From: Anaeramoeba ignava BMAN
Lineage: Eukaryota; Protista; Anaeramoebae
Direction: 5' to 3'
Length of the DNA stretch: 64,000 nt
Assembly: GCA_028826165.1 (NCBI GenBank)
Contig: JAPDFW010000097.1
Location: 1 to 64,000, forward strand
Part shown: piece by piece, positions 21,188 through 34,680 of the stretch
Layout of the letters: each line of letters begins with the position of its first letter
Numbering within the stretch: position 1 is the stretch's first letter
Notes under the pieces: model-generated
The model's database searches: none
The model's input: only the letters and a program-made list of their open reading frames with translations
What the model was told of the DNA's origin: nothing
Position numbers and translations under genes: made by a program

Positions 21188-24100
21188 TTAGACATACATC
21201 AATTTTGTAGTCAAAGAAGGATTATATTTATTTTGAATAAGTTTTACTAAATATAAAGGTAAACAACTAACAAGAGTTATTGAAGAAACTTTCCATAAGA
21301 AATTGATTGATAAAATTAAGTTCATATCAAAATAATTCTTGAGCATAAACATACTAAAAATATAAACAGCAACTGAAATTAATTCTGCATAAATCATATA
21401 AGTATGCCATTTTTTAATTTCTAAAGCAACCATTATCCATTCAGTAATAATTAAAGAAGTAAAAGTTATTGCCATTAAATGTAAAAACATATTTTCAAAA
21501 ACAATAACAGAAATTAACATTATAGCTGATCCTTGATAAATTGCAATAAAAACCCAAGTGAAAAATGTTTTTTTTGATAAAGCTCTTCCCTTTTGATTAT
21601 TATTAATTTTAATATTAAATTTAATTTTAATTTTAATTTTAATTTTAATTTTAATTTTAATTTTAATTTTAATTTTTAATTTTAATTTTAATTTTAATTT
21701 TAATTATAATTTTAATTTTAATTTTAATTTTAATTTTAATTTTTAATTTTAATTTTAATTTCAATTTTAATTTTGATTTTAATTTTAATTTTAATTTTAA
21801 TTTTAATTTTAATTTTGATTTTTAATTTTTAATTTTAATTTTAATTTTAATTTTAATTTTGATTATAATTTTAATTTTAATTATAATTTTGATTTTAATT
21901 ATAATTATAATTTTAATTATAATTTTAATTTTAATTTTAATATAAATTTTAATTTTAATATAAATTTTAATATAAATTTTAATTTTAATTTCAATTTTAA
22001 TTATAATTTTAATTATAATTTTGATTTTAATTTTGATTTTAATTTTAATATTAATTTTGATGTTATGGATAAAAAACTTTTTGTGTTTCTCGATATAATT
22101 CTGGAAAAGAAAAAACTATTCTCTCATCTGTATCATAATCGAGAATTAATGAAATAACAGGAAGAACAGTAAAAATAGTACTATAACCAGCAACTAAATA
22201 TCCACAAAAAATAGGAAGAGGAGAAAAATAAAACAAGGAACTAAAAACAGCCTGAATAACGGAAATAACCAATCCTCTATGAATAACAAACTGGGCGAGT
22301 CTAGCACTTTTTTTATAAGAATGAGCACCATGCCAGAGAATAAGACGGGGAAGATAGTTGAATTGGTTGATTGAATAATCAGCAGCAAGAGAAGCTTGCA
22401 TGCCTTCTTTCCCAACAATTCCAACACCAACATCAGCCTCATTGATCATACTAACATCATTCCCTCCATCTCCAACGGCGCAAGTGCGTTGGGTTGCTCG
22501 CTTTGAAATCAATTTGACGATTTCAGCCTTTTGAGTTGGGGAGCATCGGGAACATATTACTGTTGGTGCGGATAACGCCAAGTCTACAAACATAGAAGAA
22601 AAATTATCCAAACAAAACTGGAGTGTTAATCCATCAATAACAAGACTAGTTTGTCCCGCATTCCGCATTTGGAAACGAGAAAACTGGTTTAGTTTCTCAA
22701 AAGTTTGTTCTTCGGAATCCGCTATTAAACGAAATATTGATTGATTTCTTGATATTAAATGTGAACTAATTCCAATGCATATTGCGGTTTCCACTTTGTC
22801 TCCTGTAAGCATCCAAATTTTTATTCCTGCGTTTGTCAGGAGCTCAAGTGTTTCTCGAACTCCGTCTTGAAGTTTATCTTCCACTCCTGTGAGAGAAAGA
22901 AGCTCCATTTTCGAAGAATTTTCGAGCTGAGAAACAACAGACTCAATCTTCTTTTCTCGATCTTGAATAGATATTCTTGCTTCATGAAAATTCTTGCTGA
23001 AATCTGCGTATTCTTGTGGTTCTATTATTCTTCGCGCATAAACTAATGTCCTTAATCCTTCACGGGAAAAATTCTCGCATTGTTCAGTTAGCCAATGCGA
23101 TGGGTTGATTAATTTTTCAATTGCCACATCTGCTCCTTTAATATAAAATATAATTTCTTTTGTTTCCCGATTTTTCACAATAATCCCCATTCGTTTTGCT
23201 TTTGAAGTGAACGGGAAGATGTTTAAAATATCATATTCAAGTGTTTCTCCTGCTGGTGTTGTTAGCTGCATTGATTTTGTTGTTCTTTTTTGCAGAATAA
23301 TTCCCAGTGATTCTGCAAATTTGATAAGTGCCACTTCATCTGGACTTGATGCTTGATAATTTCTTCCAGTTGAGGAATTTAGTGTCTCATCTTCATCCGA
23401 TGAAACAACAGAAACGTTGTGACATAATGCTATTGCAAGTATTGTGTTAATAAATTGAGTTTGCGAATTTTGCGTATATAGAACATCTCTAGCGAAATTT
23501 TCTTGGTAATCTTCAATTTCAATCTCAAGGTCACTATTTTCATTTAATTCATTTTCATTTAATTCATTTCCATTTAATTTATTTCCATTTAATTCATTTC
23601 CTTTTAATTCATTTCCTTTTAATTCATTTCCTTTGTGAATTGTTTGCAAATTAATACTTTCGAACTCTGATTCTGAACTTTCCAAATTAATTGTAATTTC
23701 CTTTTCTTTTGAATCATCCATAATGTTTTTGGATGAGAAACAATGAAGTGCAAATTTTCTGTTTTGTTCATGATTTTCTGAGGAAATGATATTATTGGAT
23801 CCCAAACATAATTTTTTGAAAACCATGTCATTTTTTGTTAAAGTTCCTGTTTTGTCTGTGAAAAGTAATTGGATTCTTCCTAATTCTTCAGGGATCATAC
23901 TTGTACGAGCAATTGTTTCAGGTATTTTCTTGTCTTTTTCAATGCAATGAGAAAAATATGTTTTTGCAATATCTAAATTCACTTTTAAACTTATGGGGAT
24001 AATAGAGCAAAATAAAATGAAAAATCTAAATGAATAAACAACCCAATCTCCATGGAAACCCTTGAGAAACATCATCATAATCGAAAGAAAAATCATTAAA

Positions 24101-25659
24101 ATAAACAAAAGTTTTGAAATGTGATTGATTTCAAGATCTAATTTGCCAATTTTTGTGCGAGGAACATTGGTGTTCATCACAGATCGTGTGTCTTTTCCTG
24201 TATAAAGAACAACTCCTATTACAGTTCCCGAAGCTATAACAGTATTAGCCCAAAGAGTATTATCAATACCCAAAGGAAATGATTGTAAATCATTATCATT
24301 ATTATCTTGTTCAATTTTTGTGTTTGATTCGGGATTTCTTTGGATTGTTGATTTTTTGAATTTTGGGTTTTTGATTTTTGGGATAAAATGACTTGACTCG
24401 TTTTCATTTAAAATATCACCATCCAAAAGATTATCGCCATTATCGTTATCATTATTTTTTGCTGTAAAATCATCGGCAATTCTTGGTATAAAAGTGATCA
24501 TAAAATTATCATCCGATTCACTTTCCAAAATTTGAATTTCAACTTTATTATCATCACTATCATTTTTTAGTCTTTGATTTGGTGAATATTTCCCAATAGA
24601 AAATTGATATTCCAAATGCTCTTCATCAGAAAAAATATTATCGTCTCTTTCGATATTTTTGGTATTGCTTTGGTTGATATAAGCAGCTCTTGATTGCTGA
24701 ATTGGTTTGATATAAAAGGTTCCACTGAAGTTATGAATATCCTTTATTGGAGAATCAACAATGAGCCTTCCATAGGCATCAAGAACGTCTTCATCCTTTT
24801 CAAGACTTTGAGTTTGCGAGAAAGCACGGCGGAGTTTCCAGTCTGTTTCTCCATCAAGTTGATCTGTTCGTATAAAAGAAGCACCGGATTTTTCTGTTGT
24901 CCGCAATAGAACCATATCTGCAGGAACACGTTGGTTTGGATACAAACGGATAAGATCCCCCACTTTGATTTCTGAGCTTGGAATCAGCATTGTGGAATAT
25001 TCCGTCTCTTTGTCGGTTTTTTTTCCCGATTTTTGATCTGAATTTTCTTTATGTTTTGCTTGTTCATATTTTTTTGAATATGTTTTTTGCTTTTTTTTCG
25101 AGTCGAAAAATCTTGAATCTTTGCTTGTAAAATTGATTTTCTCAAAAACTTGACTGTTTGCTTCTTTATCTCTTCTAAAACGTTGGAAATCATCATATGC
25201 TTCTTTAAAACATGAGACAGTTAATACAAATACAAGTGGCGTTATATAAGTTGAAGTGAAACCTATTTTCAATGAAGGAATGAATTGCGAAAGTGCTGTT
25301 AAAAGAAAATAAAGATTGAAAAAGTATTTGAATTGATCATAAAAAAACCAAGGGAAAAATGTGAATAAATTGTATTTTTGATTTTTGATCACATTTGCCG
25401 GAAATTTGTTAATGTCCTGTGTATTTTGAGGAAAAGTTATTGTTCTTGGCTGTTTTTGTTCTTGTTGTGATGTTGTGCTTTGACTTTTACAACAGAAAAA
25501 TTGTGCAAATGATACCAAAAAGTTTTTGTGTTTTTTATTCTGTTGTTTAATTTCAAAGTCAATTTTGTTTTTTTTCTTAGGTTTTGTTTCTTGATTTTGT
25601 TCTTTTGTTTCTTTATCAAAATTTTCAAAATCAAAAAACGTTTGTCTTCTTCTACTCAT
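21188..25659 (-). CDS. ATP9: P4-ATPase phospholipid flippase, ATP9/Neo1 subfamily
   Basis: DQLDGETDWKLR, DKTGTLT, TGDKVETA, GDGGNDVSMI; PELYRETQK|GRALSKKTFFTW across intron 21590-22077. Confidence 0.95.
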
Positions 25660-25789
25660 TTTTTTTTTAGATTGAAATAAAAATGAAAAAAAAAAAAGAA
25701 AAAAAATGAAAAATTTTTATTTTTTTTAATTTCCATTTTTTTTTTTCTTTTTTTTCCTATTTATATTTATTTATTACAAAAACAAAAAA

Positions 25790-28677
25790 ATGAACGAAAA
25801 AAACGATCCAAAAACTATTTTTCTTTATGATCTTCCTTTTTCTCCAACACATCTTATTCAATCATTAACAAAATCACACAAAATTTTTCAATTAAATCCA
25901 TTTAAAAATACAAAACTTGGATTTTCTCTATTGCTTCCAAATAATTGGAAAACAAAAAAAGATATTCAAGAAGAAAAGAAAGAATTTCCTTCTTGGAGTT
26001 TGGTTGGTAGTTTTTCTGCAAAAAAAGAAAAAGAAACTCCAGGAATTAAAGTTTTTACAACAATTCTTGGATTTGAATCAAATCTTGTGGATATTTTATC
26101 ACTTTTTTGTTTGTATAAAGGTTGGAAATTATTTGCTTTTCGAATTTGGAAAAAAAATTCTTTTCAATTTGTTATTGATGGCGGTGCTTTGTTTTGTATA
26201 TTAGTTTTACTTTAATTTGATTCTCATCGTTTTAAATTTCATTCCAACAAAAAAAACCATTTTTTATATTTTGATTTTAGATGAAAATGATATTTTATAT
26301 TTAGCAAGGATAATGGTTTTTGATTATTCAAAACACATTTTTTTAGTTGTGTAATTCAATTCAATATTCAATTCAATATTTAATTCAATATTTAATTCAA
26401 TATTTAATTCAACATTTAATTCAATTGAAAAAATTTTAATCTAAAAAGTGGTATTTGTAAAGCTACAAGATGGGATGTTTATAAAAATATTTTTTTAGTT
26501 GGTTGCTCTTCTTTTACATTCCAAAATAAATCAGAAAATCAACCAATTCAGCCATTTCAAATATTTAAAGGTGGAGATCCTTTTCTACAACTTAAAATCC
26601 CAAAAAATTGGACTGTAAAATTTAAAATTAATTTAAAAAAAATCAGAAGAAAAATTCATTTCCTTGTTTTGTTGTTGTTGTTTTTATTATTTTTTTTTTG
26701 GAAATAAATCATTTAATCAAGATTGAGGAAGAAAGAGAAACACCAAAAGGAATATCAGCATTTCAAGTTGAATTATTGCATAAAGAAGATGTACTTGGTT
26801 ATATTTTTGTCAAATCAAGTTTAATTAATTATGAAAAAAGAATAGGATTTCAAGATCTTTTAAATGAAGCATTAGAAGAACTAACAATTTCAGGATTTAA
26901 AATTTATGGAATTCCAATATTTATTCCTGGAAAAGTAAAAAAAAAAACAATAAGAATAAGAATAAGAATAAGAATAAGAAAAACAAACAACTTATTTTTT
27001 TTTTAATCAGGCTTTTCTTGGATCTTTTGCTTTAAAAGGTTGGGTTAAAGGTGAACAAAACTTTGACCCATTTGCGTTATCAATCGAAAATTATATTGGA
27101 ACAGCAATTATTCCTGGAATAATTGGTGAACAAATTGTTGAGGCAAGATTAGGGTTTAGATATTTAGAAACTGTGGCTTGTTCCATTTATCTCATTTCAT
27201 CAACTCAATATAATTCAAATATTTTGTGGTTACTTTCTAAAAAAGCATTTGAAATTATTAGAGAAAATCTATGGGATGACGAAGATAGTCATAAAAATAG
27301 AAATAAATATAAATATAAATATCAATATCAAAATCAAAATCAAAATTGGGATGAAAATTTAGATGAAAAAATTATTATAAAATTAGAAAAAGGATTAAAT
27401 GGTTTTTATCTTTATCAAAACAAAACAAAAAGCAAAATATCTTTTTATTTTTATGCTCATTGAATATATATATATATATATTTTTTATGTTGATTAAATT
27501 CATTTTTAGGACTTGGATGGGAAATGATTAGTGAAAATTCTATAATTTCACATTCAGATTGTAAATCATTTGGAATTAAAAATCTTCAACAACCAAAATG
27601 GCTTAATGATCAAGGAACAAAAGTTTGTATGAATTGCAAAAAAAAATTCACAGTCAGAAGAAGAAGACATCATTGCCGGCATTGTGGATTGATTTTTTGC
27701 AAAAAATGCTCAACCAAAAAGCAAATTATCCCAAAATTTCATTTGGAAAAACCAGTTAGAGTTTGTGATAATTGCTTCAAAATTCTTGAAGAAGGAGATT
27801 CATTTGCAAATATTATTATCAATCAAAATGACCAAAAAAATCAAAAAAATGCAAAAAGTAAAAAGAAAATTAAAAACAATTTTCGTTGGAAAAATTGTGG
27901 AGATGGAACTTTTATTGAACTTGAAGAATGGATTGATTCTGATGTTAATTTATCAACTAAAATCACTAAAACATTAGAAAATCAATCCAAAAAAAAAGTT
28001 ATTCGAGTGGAAAAGGTTAACTCATCTCAAAAAGAAAATCCAAATATTGAAGTTTTGGATTTGAAGCAAGAGGAAGAAAATGAGCATATTATTTATAAAT
28101 TAAATCAGGATAAAGTACTTTTAATATTTATTCAAAATATTTATTTAAAAATTATATTCCAAAAAATTTATTTATAAATTTTCTAAGATGAAAATCGGAA
28201 CTCAATTAATTAATGTTGAAGGTCGTTGGTACGATTGTGTTGTTTGGAAATCTTCTTCCTTAAATTCATCTCAAATATATCAATGGATAAATGATAGTAT
28301 TCCATTTCCAATAAAAACTTTTAAAGCAAGTCAAGAATCATATGTTTTTAAGGAAATTGTAAAAAATTTAATTTTTAATTTTTAATTTTTAATTTTTAAT
28401 TTTTAAATTTCATTCATTTCCATTTTAGATTCTTACAAAAATTAAAGAGGAATTAAAAATTGCAAAAAAAACATTAATTTGCTTAAAATTTGAAGGAATT
28501 TATCAAAATGAAAATGGTGAAAAATTTAATGATATTATTTGGGTTTCAGATAAAGTACCTGGAGGTATTGTAAAAGAACAAAAACAACTTGCTAATAATC
28601 GATTATTATCAATTGAAATGAAAAATTTCAAAATAATTTATCCAGAAAAACAAGAAAAATTTAATTCTGAAAAATAA
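25790..28677 (+). CDS. Multi-exon FYVE zinc-finger protein with unassigned N- and C-terminal domains
   Basis: WLNDQGTKVCMNCKKKFTVRRRRHHCRHCGLIFCKKCS...VRVCDNC (27598-27775). Successive exons are separated by short GT-AG introns. Stop at 28675-28677. Whether all exons form one gene is inferred. Confidence 0.75.
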
Positions 28678-28719
28678 ATTTATTATTCCACTTTTTTTAT
28701 TCCACTTTTTTATTTTTTA

Positions 28720-30119
28720 TTAAAAAAATTTTTTTGGATTTTGAAAACCTAAATATTCTAAATCGAATAAAAGAAAAGAATCGATGATAAAAGAACACAA
28801 TATAAAAATTATAAAAGAAAGGAGAACATTTTTAAATTGATTTTCATTTTGATTTTCAAATTGATTTTGATTTTCATTTTGATTTTGATTTTCAAATTGA
28901 TTTTGATTTTCAAATTGATTTTCAAATTGATTTTGATTTTGATTTTCAAATTTTGATTTTGATTTTGATTTTCATTTTGATTTTGATTTTCAAATTGATT
29001 TTCGATTTTGATTTTCAAATTGATTTTGATTTTGATTTTGATTTTGATTTTGATTTTGATTTTGATTTTGATTTTGATTTTGATTTTCATTTTCAAATTG
29101 ATTTTGATTTTGATTTTTAAATTGATTTTGATTTTTAAATTGATTTTCATTTTCATTTTTAATTTTAAATTGATTTTGATTTTGATTTTCAAATTGATTT
29201 TGATTTTGATTTTTAAATTGATTTTGATTTTGATTTTGATTTTGATTTTGATTTTGATTTTGATTTTGATTTTTAAATTGATTTTGATTTTGATTTTTAA
29301 ATTGATTTTGATTTTGATTTTGATTTTCATTTTGATTTTTATTTTGATTTTGATTTTGATTTTGAAATTTTGATTTTGATTTTGATTTTGATTTTGATTT
29401 TCATTTTCAAATTGATTTTGATTTTGATTTTCATTTTTAAATTTATTGATTAAATAAATTACTTTTTTTGTTAAAGAATTTTTCTCTTCTTTTAAATTAT
29501 TTATTATCTCAATTTCATTCTTAATTTTTTCATTACAAAACATTAAGAATTGATTATCTTTTTTAATTTTAGAATTTTTTTTAATTTTTTGAAAAGTTGA
29601 CAATTTTGTTTCAATAATTTCTTTTTCTCTTTTTAAATCTGAAATTAAATTAGTCTTTTTCTTTAAAAGAATTTTTTTATTTTCAATTTCTTTCTCTTGA
29701 TTTGAAATGTAAGTTTCCAATTTATTAATTTCATTTTTTAAATCATTAAGTGATTTATTTTGTTCCACTTTTTGATTTTCAATTTTTTCATTTTGAATTT
29801 GATAAATTTTTTCTTCAATTTTAAAATTTTTTTCTTTTAATTCTAAACTTTTTTTTTCATTTAATTCAATTTCTTTTTTTAAAATTTGAATTTCTTGAGT
29901 TAATTTTCTAAATTTTTCAATTGGAATTTTTTCTTCTTTTTTTTCTTGTTTTTTTAAACAAAAAGTTACAAATTTAGAAAATTTTAATAAAATTTCTTTA
30001 AAAAAAAGTTGAACTCTTTCTTTTTCTTCTTGATTTGAATTTGGAATTTGATTTGAATGTTCAATAAAAGCTTTTAAACTATTTTCAATTTCTTTTTTTA
30101 AAGTTAAAATTTGATTCAT
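28720..30119 (-). CDS. Coiled-coil protein with ENQNQ repeats and a probable C-terminal membrane anchor
   Basis: K/E-rich heptads at 29400-30119. After indels in the repeat, an alternative frame reads NVLLSFIIFILCSFIIDSFLLFDLEYLGFQNPKKFF* ending at 28720. Confidence 0.55.
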
Positions 30120-30552
30120 TTTTTAATAAAAAAAAAATGAAAAAAAAAATTTTTTATTATTCCACTTTTTTTATTCCACTTTTTTTATTTTTTTTTTTGG
30201 CATTGAAAATAAAAATAAAAATAAAAATAAAAATAAAAATAAATTTAAATTTCTTTTTTGACATTGAAAAAAAAAAAAAACAAGTTTAAATGAAAAAAAT
30301 TTTATTATTTTTTGATCTATTTTTTTTTTTTTTGAGTTTAAGGAATATTTATTTTGATTTTTCCAAAAAAAAAAAAGAAAAGAAATCGAGAAATTCTTCA
30401 TTAGATTTCTGATAACGAAAGAGAAAAAAAAAAAAAAAAAAAAAAGATAATTGATTGAAAGAAAATATTAACAATCAAAATGAAAAGTTTTTCTTTTTAG
30501 TAAAAAAAAAAAAAAAAGAATAAAGTATGAAAGAGATTTAAATAGGATAAAA

Positions 30553-31923
30553 TTAACCACAACATCCTCTTCTTTCAGATTTAGAATTGTTATTTTGAAT
30601 ATTAATTTTTGGACTAACAGCTCTTGTATTTGGAGATTGAATTGAGGGTAAAGAAGAATCATTTTTTGTTAATTTTGTCATAACTGATTTAGCCATTCCC
30701 ATAAAACAATCTTCAACTCCCTCTCCACTTTTTGCTGAAGTCTAATTCAAATAACAATAAAATTGAAAAGGAGAATAAATAAATGAGAATAAATGAAAAT
30801 GAAAATAAAAATGAAAATAAAAATGAAAATGAAAAATCTCACTTCATAAAATGGCATTCCATATTCTTTTGCCAAATCAGCTCCTTGTTGAGGAGAAACC
30901 AACTAAAAAGAAAAAGAAATCAAAATGTATAAATATAAATATTTTTTGAAGAAAATTGTATTAAAAGTACTCTTTCTGAATCTCGGTCAGCTTTATTTCC
31001 AACAAGAACTTTAAGCACATTTTCAGTTGCATGAGTTTCAATAATTTCAATCCATTGTTGAACTTCTTTAAATGATTTTTCATCTGTTATATCAAAAACA
31101 AGGAAAATCCCCATTGCTCCACGATAATAAGCTTTTTTATATAATAACAAAAATAAGAAATTTATTAATCAAAAAACAAAAAAGAAAAAGAAAAAGATAA
31201 ACAAAAAGAAAAACAAAAAGATACCTGCAGTAAAATTACGAAATCTTTCTTGTCCTGCAGTATCCTGTTTGCAATAATATAAGTTAAAGGGTTTAAATTT
31301 TGATAGTAAAAATTTTAATTATTTTGATTCTTTATTATTCTCAACTTTTTTATTTATTTATTTATTAATTTATTTATTAATTACCCAAATTTGAAGTTTA
31401 ACATTATGCCCATTGATTTGAACAACTTTGTTTTTATAATCAATTCTGGAATTATTTTAAAAAGTTTTTTGAATTTTTTTTATTTTGTTATTTTCAAAAT
31501 TTTCAAAATTCCAATTATTTATATAATTATTTTTCAAATTTTTTACCCCATTGTTTGAATCATAGATAAAGAAAATTGATCATCCTTTAAAATTGAAGTA
31601 TTATTTTTATTATTATTAATTGAAAAAAAATTATTTAATGTTGATATATTATATAAAATATATTTTTTAAATTTTTAATTTTAATTTTTATTTAATGCAA
31701 ACCACAAAACGAGAAAGAAGACTACTTTTTCCAACACCTAATTTTTAAAATTAAAAAAAATATAAAAATATAAAGAAATTAAAAAATAAAAAAAGATTAT
31801 GTAATTCAAAATAATTTTAAATTTTTTAATTAGATTTTTTTAATTATTTTTTTAAAAAAAAAAACCTGAATTTCCAATTAAAAGAAGTTTAAGAAGAAAT
31901 TGATAATTGTCGTCTTCAGCCAT
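30553..31923 (-). CDS. Rab8/Sec4-like small GTPase, 8 exons
   Basis: [57 protein letters not shown] and C-terminal GCCG, assembled over 7 short introns. Confidence 0.92.
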
Positions 31924-32164
31924 TAAATTTAAAAAATTTTTAAAAAATTTTAATAAAAAAAAAAATAATTAATTAATTAATTAATGAAAAACGTTTTGTT
32001 TTTAAAAAATGAAAAAAAATGAAAAATGAAAAAAATGGAAAAAAAAATTTTGAAAAATAAAATAAAAGACGAAAAAAAAGAAGAAGAAAATTTTATTTTT
32101 CATTTTTTCATTTTTATTTTTCCTTTTTTTCTTATTTTTCCTTTTTCCGTTTTTTTATTTTGAA

Positions 32165-32563
32165 ATGGAAAGACCCAAACATAAAAAATCACCAAGAGAT
32201 AAAACACCAAAAAAATCACATTCAAAAACACCAAGAAAATCTCATTCAAAATCACATTCAAAAACACCAAAATCACCAAGAGATAAAACACCAAAAAAAT
32301 CACATTCAAAAACACCAAAAAAATTAAGAAATAAAACTCCAAGAAGATCACATTCACATAAAAAATACTATTCATATTCAACTTCAACTTCAACTTCAAG
32401 TTCAAGTTCAAGTTCAAGTTCAGATTCTGAAACTGATTTTTTTCCACTAAATTATGATTATTCAATAAAAGAAAAAATAATATTAAAAAAAGAAAGAATT
32501 GCTTGGGTTTTTTTTCTTAGAGAAAAAATTCAACAAGTACAAAATTCTTATTACCAAAATTAG
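32165..32563 (+). CDS. Small basic K/S/H-rich protein with repeated S/T-P-K/R-K motifs
   Basis: ATG follows TTTTCATTTT motifs; SPRDKTPKKSHSKTPRK repeats, a poly-Ser tract and a short non-repetitive C-terminus. Confidence 0.55.
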   Translation: MERPKHKKSPRDKTPKKSHSKTPRKSHSKSHSKTPKSPRDKTPKKSHSKTPKKLRNKTPRRSHSHKKYYSYSTSTSTSSSSSSSSSDSETDFFPLNYDYSIKEKIILKKERIAWVFFLREKIQQVQNSYYQN

Positions 32564-32936
32564 TTTAAATTTAAATTTGAAAGATTTTTAAAATGATATT
32601 TTTTTCCTCTTTTTTTTTTTTTGAAATCAAAATTAAAATTATCAAAAATACTTCAATTAATTTTACTTATTTTTTTTTGGTTTTTTAAAAAAAAAAAGGA
32701 AACAAAACAAAAAAAACAAAAAACAAGAAAACAAAAAATAAATTTGTTAATTAATTTCTTCATAAAAACAATTTTGGAGAATAATTTAGAAGAATTAATC
32801 ACAATTAGCCTAAAAAAAAAAATAAACTTTTTCCAATAACAAAAATCAAATATCAAAAATCAAATATCAAATATCAAATATCAAAAATCAAAAATCAAAA
32901 ATCAAAAATCAAATATCAAATATCAAATATATTGTG

Positions 32937-34680
32937 TTATTTTTCTTCAGTTTCTTTTTTTGGATCTTTTGGTGTTTTGTTTTTTTCCTAATTAAATAAA
33001 TTAAATAATAAATAAAATTAAAAATTTTTTTTCCGATTTTTTTAATTTAATTTAAAATAATACTTTAAGTTTTGTATTTTGTTTTTTTAATTGTTTCAAC
33101 TTCTTTTCAAGTTTACGATTTTTCTTTTTCATTCTTTTTAAGTTTTTTTCATAATTTGCAAGTCTTCTTTTTGTTCTTTCTCTACTTTTTTGGGCACTAG
33201 TTCTGTTTTTCATTAATCTACGTTGTTTTTTCTGTTCAGGAGAAAGAGATCTCAATTGTTCTCTTGTTAATTTTCCACCCAAATCAAAGGGTAATTTTTC
33301 TGAATTTTTAATTCGATTTTTATCCGTTTTTTTTTCTTCTTTTGATTTTTTTTCTTCTTCTTTAGAAATTTCTTCTTCTTCTTTAGAAATTTCTTCTTCT
33401 TCTTTAGAAATTTCTTCTTCTGAAATTTCTTCACTTTTTTCCATTTCATTAAATTCTCTTATTAAATCTTCTGGTAAATAATCTGTAAAATCGAAATTGT
33501 TTTTGGATTTCTTTTGGGAATTTTTCAACTTTCTGGTTTGTTTGTTCAAATAAAATTCTTTTTTCTCAAATTCTTCAATAACTTCTGCAATAGTATTTAA
33601 TTTTGTATCTGCAGTTAAATCTTCATTATAATTGACATTTGCATTAACTTTTTTATTCATATTGGCATTAACATTAATATTTGGATTGACATTAATATTT
33701 GAATTGACATTAATATTTGGATTGACATTAGTATTTGGATTGACATTGAAATTATTTGGATTGACATTGAAATTATTTGAATTGACATTAGTATTTGGAT
33801 TGACATTAGTATTTGAATTGACTTTAATATTTGAATTGACATTAATATTTGAATTGACTTTGAAATTAATATTTGGATTGACATTGACATTCGAATTACC
33901 ATTAATATTTGGATTGAAATTGACATTTCGGATACTGTTAATGCCCAAAATGTTTTTGTTTCGAATTTGATCTTGATCTTGATCTTGATCTTGATCTGCT
34001 GTAATTAATTTGATATATTTATTCTTGCTTTTTGACTTGGAATCAAGTGAAGATTCATAAGGAAATGAAATTGTGGAAAAAAAATTCGGTTGACTTGGAT
34101 CTGATGAAAATCTAAATTGTGAATTATCGTCTATTTTAAAATTTCCAAAAAAATTATAGAAAAACAAAATGAATAAATTAAAAAGAAAAGAAAAAGGTGA
34201 AAAAAAAAAAATTGTGGAAAAATAATTATTGAAATGCAAAGAAATAATAAAATAATGAAGAAGAAAAATGATTAAAAAAAAATTTAAAAAAAAAAAAAAA
34301 AGTTTAAATAAAAGATTTTGAATAAAAAAATGATCAAAAAAAAATGTTTAAAATTAAAAAAGAAACAAGAAAATAAATAAGTCTTCTCATTTAAAAAAAG
34401 AAATAAATTAGGTGACTTGAAAAAATCAATATTTGTTTAAACAAAATAAACATTAACAAAAACATTTAACAAAAGAATCTCTTCCAAAAATAAATTTTTC
34501 AAAATAAATTAAATAAGATATAAGTTATAAAAATGAATTAAAATAAATTAAAAAGCCGGAAAACAAGACTCAAACAAAAAAAAATAATTGAACACCAAAG
34601 CAAGAGAAATAAAATTAACAATCTGACTTACCTTTTGAATACATTTCCAAATAATCCTCATAACTTGAAGAAATTATCAT
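32937..34680 (-). CDS. bZIP transcription factor, 3 exons
   Basis: KKQRRLMKNRTSAQKSRERTKRRLANYEKNL...L...L. Introns 34131-34631 (GTAAGT donor) and 32988-33063 preserve the frame. Confidence 0.88.

Noticed and set aside
23500-24700. Long insertions in the ATP9 flippase considered as possible inteins
   Set aside because: They are low-complexity acidic/Asn-rich loops with no Hint-domain C/S...HN splice motifs or endonuclease signature.
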